Origin: Basidiobolus meristosporus CBS 931.73
Taxonomy: Eukaryota; Fungi; Basidiobolomycota
Length of the DNA stretch: 64,000 nucleotides
NCBI GenBank assembly: GCA_002104905.1
Contig: MCFE01000227.1
Span: forward strand, 1 to 64,000
Direction: 5' to 3'
Shown here: positions 36,447 through 49,095 of the stretch, in pieces
Numbering within the stretch: position 1 is the first letter of the stretch
Layout: each line of letters begins with the position of its first letter
Notes under the pieces: model-generated
What the model was told of the DNA's origin: nothing
Database searches by the model: none
What the model saw: the letters and a program-made list of their open reading frames with translations, nothing else
Program-made: the position numbers and the translations under genes

Positions 36447-37524
36447 TGTGGTGGTGTATAAGTCCAAAGGGCAAAATACGGCCAACACTTCTCAAGTGTG
36501 AATGTGTGTGGGGTGTTCACTGGGTGCGATAACCTCTGGCAAAAGCTTGCTAGGAATACTGGGTCTTTTATCTAATCTAATGTGATGGGGGATAAAGCCT
36601 CAAGCTTGTCAAGGGAAAACTATTGAACTACAATCCCCAACTTAGTTGGCGTCTTAACAAAAGTTTATAATGGCTTCGACGTCCTTTGAGATGACAATGT
36701 ACTAAAGCTTCCAAAGTCAAAACAACTGTAAACTCCACCAACAGGGACTTGATAAGAATGCAGCTTTGACCAATAGTTACAAAGACTGAAAAGTATCTTT
36801 GCCTGTACAAGAACAAACTTGGGAAAACAAACAATATAATAAAATATACCTACTCTGAGTATTCCTCACAAGTAGTGCCTCCAAGGTCAGTTGGCTGTCA
36901 GCGCGGTTTCCTGGGAGTATCGTCAGGTCTGAGTCAGAAAATAGTGGTAATAGGTAGCGGTGATCTCACTAATCAATAAGTTGGAATATTGGAAGAGGGA
37001 TGATTTATTTTAAGGGATAGCCTCCCTTATATACTTTTTTGCTGCTCAATTTCTTGCTAGAAAATACTTTCCGGAAGTTTCCAGAAGGTAGTAGACAACC
37101 AATCATGTCTTTGTGTACTAAAAATAGCGCAAATTCTTGGCGGATTGTTCCATGAGACATAGTAGCACCTAGCCAATCAGGTAGTGGTAACATGAAACCT
37201 CTGCGTCATGTGGTTGCCTCTTATGGTAGTGAGATGGGGGATTATGAAACCAAGATGGTCACGTGACATGGGCACTGTTGGGGTACTTGCCTTATAAGGT
37301 AACTATCTTATCTTGGCATCTCGGCAAGGAATAAGAATAGCTTGTGCAATGGGTTAATAGGGACAAATAGTTTGTCAGGTTGCATAGTAATAATCACATA
37401 GACAAAAATAGGAAATATTGCAAATTTGGGATGATAATAATATAGGCGGGGTAATCCTTTTTAGGGAAGTGAATGCATAAGAATGAGCACATCTGCCTGT
37501 GGGTGTCACTGTGACCCCACTACA
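36447..37524 (-). repeat. 5' LTR of the Ty3 element
   Basis: Direct repeat of 30335-31412, adjacent to the PBS. Confidence 0.96.
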
Positions 37525-40500
37525 ACGGCATGAGCTTCTTTACATGGAGTATTGCTAGAATACATCTGGAGTGTGGATAATGTTTTCCTCCTGAGGTGGT
37601 TGAATACTGGCAGGTTTAACAGCTTACAACAGTGGTATTTTCTACTATGAAAGCAGTGGAATTATTAACACATCCTGGTATCAGACCCTGCACTGGGTTG
37701 TATATTGACAGCTCCATGATGGTTTTCCATTTCTACAATGCACATGGTAAGTTGCATCTTGCAGTGATTTTGGCAAGTAGTAGTGGCAGATCCTCAATGC
37801 CCTCATTGCTGATATCAATGAAAACATGCCACTTCTCTAGCTGCAACATTGCATCATTCACCAGTAAGTAGATCAATGGGCTCACTTGGCTCCATAAAGC
37901 ATCCTTGGCATTTTCTTCCACAAATTTTCTCTCACTGCATATTAGGATCTTGCCATACTGAAGCAGGGTACAGCTGTGAGGAGAGATAGACTTACAATCC
38001 ATTATTGTGCCTTATTCATCAGAGCTTCACTCTGCATGCCACATTTACAAAGCCAAGGTGTGCCAAAATATATCACAAACTCACCCAAAATGATTTGTGC
38101 AAGGTGACCAAATTGGCTAGGTGCCAATATAGATGCAACAGGAGCCTGGCAAGACATTGCTGGTACAATAGTGTTTGGTGAATGCAAAAATATGACTTGT
38201 ATGGCAGAAAACTGGCTGTGATTCTTGAAACACTTCCTTTGCCATCTGCATACTTCATGATTGAGAGGCTTGTTACCATAGCCACATGGGTGTTTTTCCA
38301 TTTTCTTATGTTGTTGAGTCAACATTCTCTTCTCTGTGGGATAACAAGCTTAGTAAGCAATAACAATACACTTTTGATAACTCTTTTGTCTGTACTCTTA
38401 TGTTTTTAAGTCAATATTGTATGTGAGACATTGCTCCTACTAGAATGTAAGACTCAACAATCACCTACAATAGTAAGCATTATAAATAATGCTGCATAAC
38501 CACATTCACATGTGCATGTAATCCTATATCCCATTTGGTTTTGTTCATTTATACATGTATGCAACCAAAAAATAAAGTAGAGTTATCTGGTTGAGAACCA
38601 AACTACACTGATGAGAGCAGCAGAAGAATGATTGGACAACTGCTTGCTCTGACATACAGGGCAACAAGCCAGGCTACATACAAAAAGGGCATGCTGACAG
38701 TGTGCCCATTGAAGGTAATAATGTTTACTCCTCAAGCTCTTGGTCAAGTATGTAACTGAGAGTATCTGCAAAGCTGCAAGCTGATCTTAATGCTTTGGCA
38801 GATAAGAATGTAGTAAATACAGTGCCTCTGGCAGAAGACCAGTAGATGATTGTCATAACATCAACACCATTAATACTAGCTAATATATTGTCAGTATATA
38901 CCAAAGCATTAATGAGGTTATTTGGTGCATTTGCTAATGATATGGTTAAGATAGCTCAGAGAAACTCAAAAACTGTCTTGAGGCAGAAAAAATAAATGAT
39001 ACATGTCGAGAAAGCAATATCCAGTGTTGAGAGTGCAGTATGAAGGCTGCAATGTACACACTCAAGTAACACAATATCTCAGCCAAGAATTGAACCATAT
39101 ACTCAATGTGATAGCAAAGGAACCCTTTTTAGTCTTTGAAGCACAACAACAGAACAAAAAGATAGAGCCAACAGAAAAAGCTACTGCAGCTTAGGTGGGA
39201 GGTATTATGAAATCAATACCCAGCCTAAAAAGCAAAAGATATTTAAGATCCAGGAGGTCATTGAGTGAAATGACAAACAGTGGTCAAGTATAAAGAGACT
39301 GCCAGAAGACTAGGATAGCATCACTTAAGGTTGGCATAACAAGGGACAATCAGAAACTCAAGGCCAAGCAGAATATACTTGATCTGTTACATCAACATCA
39401 ACCAGGGATTCTAACTGACAAACAGACTTTTGGCCAGCATTGACATGCTAAGAAAGGGTCTCATGAATTGCTGAAACTGTCAAAGATGGAAGAACAAGGT
39501 TGTCAGGGCTAAAAATCTGCATGCTCCTTAAGAATTAACTGCAAGCAGAGCAGAAAGCTCTTAACAAATGGCAAAGATATGGCAGGTAGCCAAAAGAGTG
39601 CTGGTGAGGGACAGGTAGGCAGCAACAGATGTAGCAGTAGAGCATTTATTAAGGAAAAGCACACAGTCATGAGAGCAATGAAGGACTTGACAGTGATAAA
39701 ATCTCCAGCTTTCTCAGGCACCAGTCACAAGAAGAGCCAAAAACTCAGACAAGTGACAAAAGAGCCTCAGGTTTTCAGGAGAGTGCTATTAAGGGACAAG
39801 CAGGTAAAAACAAGTGCACCAATGCAGCTTTTATCAAGGAGAATGTAGTACATAACATGAGCACTCAATCAAAGTAGCAGTTAAAAACTCTGCAGTGGCA
39901 AAGATAAAGGTAAGGAGAAGAAAGTCTACTCTTACCAGTGATAGGGAAGTATAACAAAAAGCTGCAGTTCTCATAAATTAATGCTATCAGCCCAGAAATG
40001 GCTGAATCCCACTAAACTCAAGAATAATTAATAACAAGAAAACAGCTGCTTTCATCAGAGCTGGAAGCACAGCCAGTTCAGCTATACTCAAGTGAGGTAG
40101 ATGAGCATGCAGAGAAGGGCAATTTGTTCTCCAATGCCTCCACATCCTCCATGGTGGACAGGGTGTAAGTCCCACTGGTAGACAATACAAAATTGTTAAA
40201 AACTCAAAGGACTATCTCAATGCCAATATTGCAGTTTTGGAACACTGATAGGCACACCAAGAGGTTACAACATGTGAAGTGTAGTGCCCAAGAAAGCTCA
40301 CTTGAATATTGTAAGAGCTTTTTGCAAAAACTGGCAGATGAATTGCTAGACCTTGCAGTGCTGGCTGAAGACCAGGATATGAAGGAACCAGTTAACGGAC
40401 ATTAGCATAAAGCCATGAAGTTTCAAAACTCACAAAGTCACAAAAATTAGTGTTGCAGATGAAATACTTATGAATTATGGACTTAAATGGAATTGCTTGT

Positions 40501-40929
40501 TCAGTATGGGGCTGGGCTCATTGTTAGCTTTGGATTGGGGGACATTTAGAGATTGGTACAGTTGGTATTTGTACAACTGAAGTTGCAATAGAAGTAAACT
40601 GATTTGCATGCATCAAAAGTAAGTGCTTTGGTTGAGCAAAGAAGCAAGGAGTGTGAAAAGAGATAATAGCCAATCAATGTACCCAGTAATAGCAGGTGAT
40701 TGAGTTTGCCAGATGAAAAACTGAGAGAATAGGCAGGGAACCAATTGTAGCCACTTGTAGATTGTTGTGGTGTAAAATTAAGACCAAGTTGTTTGTGAAA
40801 TCTGGGGTACCCTTTTTTGGCAACAGTCTTGGCTCAGTGTCTTGATGGGATCAATACCTTTTAGTCATGGAATTTAAATTTTTTTGTGATGGCCTTTTCA
40901 CAAAAGCATCACATTTATTTTTCATTAGG
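37525..40929 (-). mobile_element. En/Spm relic: transposase N-terminus, second gene and left terminus
   Basis: Colinear with 28.35-30.33 kb and with the reverse complement of 21.26-23.5 kb; degenerate TTTCATTAGG terminus. Confidence 0.72.
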
Positions 40930-40959
40930 AATCCTCACCCAGCTGCAACAGTTACTCCA

Positions 40960-42945
40960 GTTCCTCAGCCAGGAGCAACAAAGAATGACTACCATGGCTC
41001 AAACTAGCAAAGCCATCTCAAGAGTACCTTTGGTGTCAGGGTCAGCAGGTAACATGGCAGTCAACAAAGACCTAGGAGATTGGCTCTTCCATAGTGAAGA
41101 AGCTTTTAAGGGTAAAGGAACTGCCAAGAAAGCAAGTTGAATTATGCAGTTTCTTACTTGGCATTTGCATCTTTACAGTGATGGCATAACAAGATAATGT
41201 CAGCCAATATGATGGATGCACTGCTATCTGTACCTGCGATGAGTTTGTGTTGGAAATTCAGAATACTTTTGAACCTCTGCATCAATTGACTCTACTAAGA
41301 AGGCAGCTGAAGACATTCAGACAGAAAGTATTATTTCAAGAATGCAGCTATGAGTATAGATGTCTACTTGAAAAGATTGAAGGAAGGGACCTCATTGATT
41401 AAGTTGTATGTATTATTGATGCACTGAAAGAAACAACTTACAATGGAATGACTTATCAAAGACCTCAGACCATTGAAGAAGCCATCAAGATTATCATGCA
41501 CTATGACTTGGCTATGTCTGGAGTTGGAAAGCCCAAAGTGATTAATCTCAATGGCTACACTGACTTTGAGAGAAGACCATCAGAAGCAGTGCAATTAGGA
41601 TAGATGCCCTGCAGATGAGCCGCATCTTAGAAGAATGTAGAAGAAAGGATTTTGTTCATATTGCCACCAGCATGGGTACTTCTCAGGGTACTGCCCTCAA
41701 AGAAGAAATGGATACCATTCAGAAAACAATTTTTGGCCATATTGAAGCCCAAGAATATAGTAATGTGGCAGATGAACTTGAAGAAGACTCAGAACTTACC
41801 TTCCATATGACAGAAAAACACTTTTCTCAAATGAACTTGAGCTCAGGAAAACTGTCATTTTTGAACAATCAATGGAGTACCAGCCAAGTGCATGATTGAC
41901 TAAGTAGACTCCCACTAGTGTATGTCAGACCAAGTTGCCTTGAGAGCTGGAATTTACTCAGAACCCACCAAATCCACTTTAATCTCAATAGCTAATGGGA
42001 ACTCTCATATATTTGATGGTATCACTTGGCCAATGAAAATAAAGATCAATAACTATAGCAACAACCTACAGACCAGCATATTTGGGTATCTGCAAAATCA
42101 ATGAGGTACATACAAAAACATTACTATTCCATTGTCATCATTCCATTGACTGGGAAACTCAGCTTAGGTAATGCCAGTATGCATGGCACATGCAAACTCA
42201 ACAAGACTCAGCTCTGCAGAGAAATATAATGAAGTACCAAGATGTTACTTATAGCTGTTATACAAGGGGATTCCTCTTCTCCAGCTCATTTGAGGATCCA
42301 AACTATATTGAGGGAATATTCAGACATGTTTTTAGATGTGCTTGTGAGCCAACCACCAGGCAGAGATGTTGATCATATCATTGGCACTGGGATAGCCCTT
42401 CTGAGAGTAACACACCTTACAGAATGAGTCCATTGGAGTTAGGAGAGAAGACAAGGCAAGTTGATCAGTTATTGGAGTATGTATATTTCAGATCCAGCAA
42501 GTTGCCATGTGGGCACCAATGCTTTTTGTGAAGATGTAAGATGGAACATTTGGCGTGTGTACTGACCAGAGTGCCCATTACTCAGTTACTGAAATGAATG
42601 TATACCCCACACTTTTGATTGGTGAGCTTTTGGATTTACTTTATTGAGCCACCATTTTGAGTAACATTGACTTCGTGCCTGAATATAATTGTATTAGGGT
42701 GAAACATGAAGATATCCTCAAGACAGCATTCAGGACCAGATTTAGACAATACTAGCACTTAGTGATGTGTTTGGCATCACAGAAGCCCCTGCAACATTCA
42801 TCAACCAGATGAAAACTATCTTCTAGGGGTACCTAGGTACTTTTGCGGTAATCTATCAAGGTGTCATATTAGTATACAGCAAGAGAGGAGACAGCTTCTA
42901 GGTGCACATTGAAATAGTCTTGAAGCAGCTAACAGAGAACAAGCT
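40960..42945 (+). pseudogene. Old Ty3/Gypsy gag-PR-RT relic of a different family, cut by the En/Spm at 42946
   Basis: EFVLEIQNTFEP..LRRQLKTFRQ (gag-like); QPPGRDVDHII, PYRMSPLEL, RVKHEDILKTAFRTR, APATF, LKQLTENKL (RT). Confidence 0.78.
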
Positions 42946-43133
42946 CCCAATGAGAAATTGCTCCAATGATCCCATCAAAAGGCTGTCATAAGTTTAAAGT
43001 CTCATGACTAAGAGGTATGATCACCTCCCAATATTGTGCAAAACCATCAAAAAATAATTGCACCCCAGATTTCACCAAAACCTTAGCCAAAGTTCTTCAT
43101 CACAACAATTCAAGGGTGGCTTTTGATTGGTTC

Positions 43134-44364
43134 TGTGGTAATGGAAAGTATTCCATTACTACAATATCTCTAAACTAATATTGCACTCATTTCTTTATTT
43201 TGCTTTTTGCTATTGTAACACACATGTGAAAGATCAAGAATTTCCAACTTTGAAGAGCAAGTGCTCCAGACCCCGACAAGCAATCCACCCAAGAATATTA
43301 TGTCATACAGAACACATAGTAGCCAACACATGTTTCAAATTACAGCTCATTTGAAGCAGTACTTAAGGAGTTATGACCAAAAGAGTCCAACTATTATATA
43401 TACTATGCCTTATTGCTAGGATTACTATGGTGACTTTGATCGCATGTACCTTTTGAACCAGCTAATCAAATCATGTGAAATTTTCACAGGTGCTGCGCCT
43501 ATGTCCGATCTGCGGCACTGCAAAATTTTAGCTTTGTATCACGTGTATTGCTTGCACAATTGCCCAAAAACTTTGATCCATCAAGATTTTCATATATATG
43601 ACTTCCCCAGCTGAAAAATAAAGAGAGAGCCTCTCTTTCCAAAATCTCCACACTACAATTACAAGTTTAAAGGTTATAAGACTTCCCCTGCATCACTTGC
43701 ACTGTTGAGTATTCTGACTTTGCTTGGTACTACATCAGTAAAGAGACTGCAAAGCCCACAAGAATCCAATCTAGGTTCTACAAGAAACTACCACTTTTCT
43801 GTTGGAAAAGTCCCCTCCAAGAAGCCCCTTTACTCTAAAGACACCCCTTTAGTCTAAAGACCCCTTTAGAGACCCCTTTAAGAAACCCCTTTACTCTAAA
43901 GAAGCCCCTTTAGGCACCCCTTTAGTGTAAAGTCCACTTTAGAGACCACTACAAGAAGCCCCTTTACTCCAAAGACACCCCTTTAGACACCCCTTTAGGT
44001 CTAAAGACCCCTTTAGAGACTTCTACAACACACCCCTTTAGGTTAAAGGGGAGTTCAGAATTTCCATATTAGGAAATATTTTCTCAGAAAGGAAAGTGAT
44101 TTGCAAATAAGGAAAAGTTACTATAAAAGTAAATAAGCCCATTAGTTGACAGAAGGTCAGAACACTGCTGTAGAAGTGATAAACACTGCCTACAGTATAT
44201 TTTGAGCCTAAGATTGAGGAAATTAGTGAAAGTTATATCTTCTATTGGTATATCAAACTCCCAATAAACTATTTCAGTATTAGCATACTGGAAGTTGTTG
44301 TATATTGTTGATTAGCCTCTACATTGTAGAACAAGCCTCAAACTAATCATAATACAAAACAACA
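43134..44364. mobile_element. 1231-bp TG..CA insertion (probable solo LTR) with 4-bp TSD GTTC
   Basis: Host reads ttttgattgGTTC|insert|GTTCcctgcc; empty site gattggttcc in the paralog at ~59.77 kb. Confidence 0.72.
43820..44052. repeat. Degenerate array of CCCCTTTA units
   Basis: 12 perfect CCCCTTTA plus variants, with a higher-order unit aagaagcccctttactc.aaagac; closes with an inverted unit (CCCCTTTA-GGT-TAAAGGGG). Confidence 0.9.
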
Positions 44365-46017
44365 GTTCCCTGCCAATTTTCTCACTTTCTGATCTTGGCC
44401 ACTCTTTCACCTCCTACATTTGTGTGCATTGATTGGCTATTGCCTCTTTTTCACAGTCCTTACTTTCTGACTCAACCATTTCTCTAACTTTCAAACACAT
44501 ACAAGTAGATTTGTTTCTGTTGAAACTTCTGTTATACCTCAGTTGCCAATTGTATTGGCAAATATAAGTCTCTATACCCTACACTAATATTAAGTCCAAC
44601 CCCACACTTTACATGTAACTTTGCTATAATCTATTGCTCAATGAGTATTTTAGATATAATGCCCTGTTTCCATGACTTTGGTAGGAACCCTATAGCTTTA
44701 TGCTACTTTTCATTTACTGAATCCCACACATCCTGGTCTTCAGCTAGCACTGCAACTGAAGAAGTGCTGCAACTTCTTGGTGTGCCTATTAATACTTCAA
44801 AATTCCACTGAAGGTATTGAGAAAACCTTTTGAGTTCTTGGCATCATTACTGTATGTTGGTTGAATCTCCACTTGGTCAGCAATGGAGGATGTGGAGGCC
44901 ATGGTAGATGAGTTGCCTTTCTCTGCACACTCATCTACATCACTGGAGTGTAGCTCAACAGACTGCACTTCCAACTCTTGTGAGAGCAGCTGCTTTCTTT
45001 GAAGTAATTCTTCTTGGCTATGATGGAATTCAGTCTGCTGTAGGAATACAGCATTAAATAGTAGGAACTGAGGATTTTTCCCATACCTCCCTGTCTCTGG
45101 CCTGGGTACACTTTTCTCCTAACTTTTTCCTTCATCACTGCCAGGTCTTTCACAGCTATTTTGTTGGAGCTCCTGTTGCTTTGAACTACATTTTCTACCT
45201 GGGAAATGCCACTCTGATGCATCTGTTTTGGCCTGCCTGTCCCTTGCTGGCACTCTGCAGGCAACCTGATGCTTCTTCCGCTCTTGTTTTGAGCTCTCAG
45301 CCCATGCTGTGATGGGCTCCTGAGGCAGTTGCTGGCTTTTATCACTGCCAGGTCCTTCACTGCTACTTTGACTGAGAGCTTCTTGAGTAGAGCTGTGTTT
45401 TTTCTATGATAAATGTTATGCTGGTGCATCTGTGTCTGCCTGCTTTTCTGTTATTAGTACTCTTCCGGCTAGCTGAAGCCTCTTTGATACTTGTTTGGAG
45501 CTTTTAGCCCTGCTTGTGACAGGCTCTTGAGGAAGCCACCAGTTTTTAGCTATTGCACCATGGTTCTTCTGCCTTTAATAGTTTCTGCTATTCTTGAGAT
45601 ACCTTTTAGCATACCAATGCTGGCCCAAAATCTGTCTGCTTATTTGCGTTCAGGACAATGCTCACAGGACAATTCAAGCGCATTTTGTATTTCATTGAGT
45701 CCCTGATGGTCACATGGTATGCCAGCCTCAAGGTGTTGGCTTGTTGGCTCCTAAGCACCTTTTGAATGTTAGATCACACTTCATCACTGCACTCAATAAC
45801 TCCACATATCCTCAGTGTCCATTGACATTTAGACTTTGGTATAATCTCTACATTATTTTGCTCCGATGCTGCGATAGGTTTATCTGTAGGATTTATATTT
45901 GGGCAATATTGTTGTGCTTCACAACTGTATGCAGTTCCTCTACAGCAACATCAGAAGATGGCTCAATTCTTAGCTGTATATTGAAATAACTGAATTCCTG
46001 CTTTGCAGCCTAGCTAC

Positions 46018-46386
46018 TGTTGAAATATTGGACTATTTGGTATCATTCTGCAGCTAAAAATTTACTTAACAATTCTGGACTAGTCTTGGTCACTGTGGGA
46101 CTAATTTACAGCTCTTACTTTGCCATTTTCTTCAGATCTATGTTCTTATGATTATTCCCCTATAGTCAGGATAAAATTAGCACTAATACTAACTATTATG
46201 TACTAACCCTGAAACTGTTACACAATGCTCCTAAATATTGAGAAACCCTCCTTACTTAGTACTACAGATGTATTACTTCTACAAAGGTATAAATACTGAG
46301 ATTCTTTGTTAATAAACAACAGTTCAACTATTATCACTATTTCTTGAGAAGCTCCTTATATCCAAATCACTTCTTAAATTGCAACA
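46018..46386. mobile_element. Solo LTR, 369 bp, Copia-type termini
   Basis: TGTTG...CAACA with perfect 5-bp TSD GCTAC (46013-46017, 46387-46391). Confidence 0.88.
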
Positions 46387-48361
46387 GCTACTGCTTTCTC
46401 TGCCTTGGATATTATTGCACTACACCTTTATTTGCTTATCCTGTCTCTGGACTATTTATGATTTCTCTGGTACATTGCATCAATCCTATCAGCTACTGCA
46501 TCTAATTGCATCATTAATGCTTTGGCATGAGCTGCCAACATACTTGTTAATGCAGGTGGTGATGACGTTATGAAGGCCATTTGCTGGTCTTCAACTGAAG
46601 GTACTGCTTTTGCAACATTCTCATCTACCTCAGCATTATGGGCAGCTTGGGGCTCTGCTCAGATTCCCATTTGCCAGCTTGACTGAGGGCCTGAGGAGTC
46701 TGCATTATTACTTTCAGTGGGCACACCGTCCCCAGAGCCTTTTATAGTTGTAGCCCTGCTTGTTGCACTGAATGTCAAAGCAAGCAGTTGTCCAACTTTT
46801 CTTCTGCTGCAGTCAGCAGTGAGACTTGGTTGGGAACCACACAACTTTGCTTTTTTTTGGCATCATACCTAAGGAAGCAAGTCAAACCAGAGGGGAAATG
46901 GTGTTACATATACATGTGTAAAAGGTGCCACAGCTTTATTTGTAATATTTACTATGTCAGGTCATCATTGAATCTTACATCCATGTAAGTATGATGTCTT
47001 AAATTCAGGACTGTCTTGAATACACATGAGTTTTGACAAAAAATGGATATAATAGCTTTACATTGTTGAGTGTCAAGCTGCTATCTCAATAGACAAGACT
47101 AAATTAATTCACATCCATGAGAGAAGAGAAAAAAGACCTTGTGGCTATTGTAGCAAGCCTTTCAGCCATGAAGCATGCAGACAGCATAGGAAGTATTACA
47201 AGAATCATGGCCAGTGCTTTGCCACACAGGCTGTCTTTGTCCATTCACCAGTTGCAACTGTGCCAACACTATCTTGCCAGCCACTTGACACTTCTATCAT
47301 AGTACCTGGCCATACTTGTCACCCTGCATAAACTGAGTTGGAAGAGTTGGTGACACCTTTAGGCTTGCCCCAGCCATTTGAATATGGCACACAGAGTGAT
47401 AGCTCTGAAGAAGCAGGCCCACTGACAAATTGAAAATATATCTACCCTCACAACAGTACCCTGCATGAGCCCTGCACAATCCCATTATGCAATGAGAGGA
47501 CCTCCATAGACAAGAATGTTGAGGATGTTTTATATATTCAAGTGAGACCAGTACTTTGTTTACTGGTGAAGGATGTGATGTTATGGCTAGAGAAGTGGCA
47601 TGTTTACACTGATATCAGTAATTGGGGCTGAGAGGATGTAATACTACTCCTTGTCAAAATCATTCTGGGATGCAACTTGCCATGTACATAGTATAAATCA
47701 ACAACTGTCATGCAGCTGTCAAGATACAACTCAGAGGCCCTTCTGATACATGCATATGTTGACAGTTGCATTGCATCTACATCAGAGAATGTCACCATTG
47801 CAAGATGTCCAACTTGTCAGCAATCTAACACCACTGGGGGAAAGCATTGTCCACACTCCAGATATATTCCAGCAATAGGCCATCTAAAGATGCTCATGCA
47901 ATCCAACAAGTACTGTGAGCCCATATAGTTTTTCACTCAGTGTCAATTAGGCACAAATATATTGAATGTATTCAATGGCAAACATTATAAACAGCTAAGA
48001 AGAAAGGGCTACTTTGAAGGTATGTATGACCATGCCTTTACTTTTGCACTTGATGGATTTTCATTAAACAAGTACTCTGGCAGCAAATCCTGCTGGCCAC
48101 CAATTCTCATAAACTGGAATCTGCCACCTATCTTATGGTATCAGAGCAAATATCTAATAGCAGTCTCACTAGTACCTTTGCCTAACTCACCATCCAGCCT
48201 AGATAGCTACCTTTACCCATTATCAGATGAATTTAGTATGTTTGCCATTTGGATAATGGCAAATGGCTATCATGTCAACGTGCATGCTGGTATCTGCATG
48301 TGAGATACCCAGCCATCAGCAAGTTAGCCAGCTTTTCTAGTCACAATGGTAGAAATATAAT

Positions 48362-49095
48362 AGACTTGTTCCGTTGGATAGTGCCACATTGAGCCATGAG
48401 TGCCAAATGATGCCATAGTGTGCCAGAGAGGCCAAATGCGCCTATACTGGGTCACAGAGTGTGAAACATAGATCTGCATCTTCATGCAAAGCAGCCCCTG
48501 TGTTTCACCTATGATGCAGGAGAAAATCCATTTTTTGATGTTTTTTTGTGGATCAATGTTGTGCAGGATGTGTAAGAACACAGAAGAACTGAAGACATGC
48601 ATCAGGTTCTCAATACCCATGGCACACTGAATCTAGCTCCTGTGGCTTGTAGCATGTCACAACAATGCATGGCACTATCTTGGTCCACTGGTACTATCTA
48701 GCACTATAAGTGCTTTGTATTGATCTTACTTTAGGGCTAATATTTAAATATAGTGCCAGATAGTACCAGTGGACCAAGATAGTGCCATGCATTGTTGTGA
48801 CATGTTACAAGCCACAGGAGCTAGATTCAGAGTGCCATGGGTATTGAGTACCAAATGCATATTTTCAATCCTTTTGTGCTCTTACACATCCTGCACAACA
48901 TTGACGTAAAAAAAAAGGTCAAAAAATGGATTTTCTGCAACACCATTGGTGAAACACTGGGGCTGCTTTGCATGAAGATGCAGATCTATGTTTCACACTC
49001 TGTGGCCAAGTATAGGTTCACTTAGCCTCCTTGGCACACTATGGCATCATTTGGCACTCATGGCTCAGTGTGGCACTATCCAATGGAACAAGTCT
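48362..49095. mobile_element. Foldback element copy D, 734 bp, inside an En/Spm transposase
   Basis: Same termini and spacer; TSD AAT at 48359-48361 and 49096-49098. Confidence 0.95.

Larger units (their letters stand above)
30335..37524 (-). mobile_element. Near-intact Ty3/Gypsy LTR retrotransposon, 7190 bp, no chromodomain
   Basis: Two 1078-bp LTRs (TG..CA, ~11 differences by eye), PBS, PPT, and gag-PR-RT-RH-IN order. Confidence 0.97.

Noticed and set aside
30331-37528. GCGG/ACGG as one TSD with a mismatch
   Set aside because: The two flanks align to different, non-adjacent parts of the En/Spm consensus.
43820-44052. Interstitial telomere or CRISPR-like array
   Set aside because: Units are irregularly spaced inside a TSD-flanked insertion, there are no unique equal-length spacers or cas genes, the context is eukaryotic, and the real telomere repeat is unknown.
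43360-44052. TTAA-flanked Kolobok/piggyBac-like element starting at cttaaggag
   Set aside because: No matching inverted terminus could be identified.
18780-48760. All four foldback spacers have the same orientation
   Set aside because: Chance probability is 1/8 with four copies; not significant.
3075-49095. Foldbacks/MITE mobilised by the resident CCCTA En/Spm transposase
   Set aside because: Termini (AGACTTG versus CCCTATG) and TSD preference differ; co-location is explained by target abundance.
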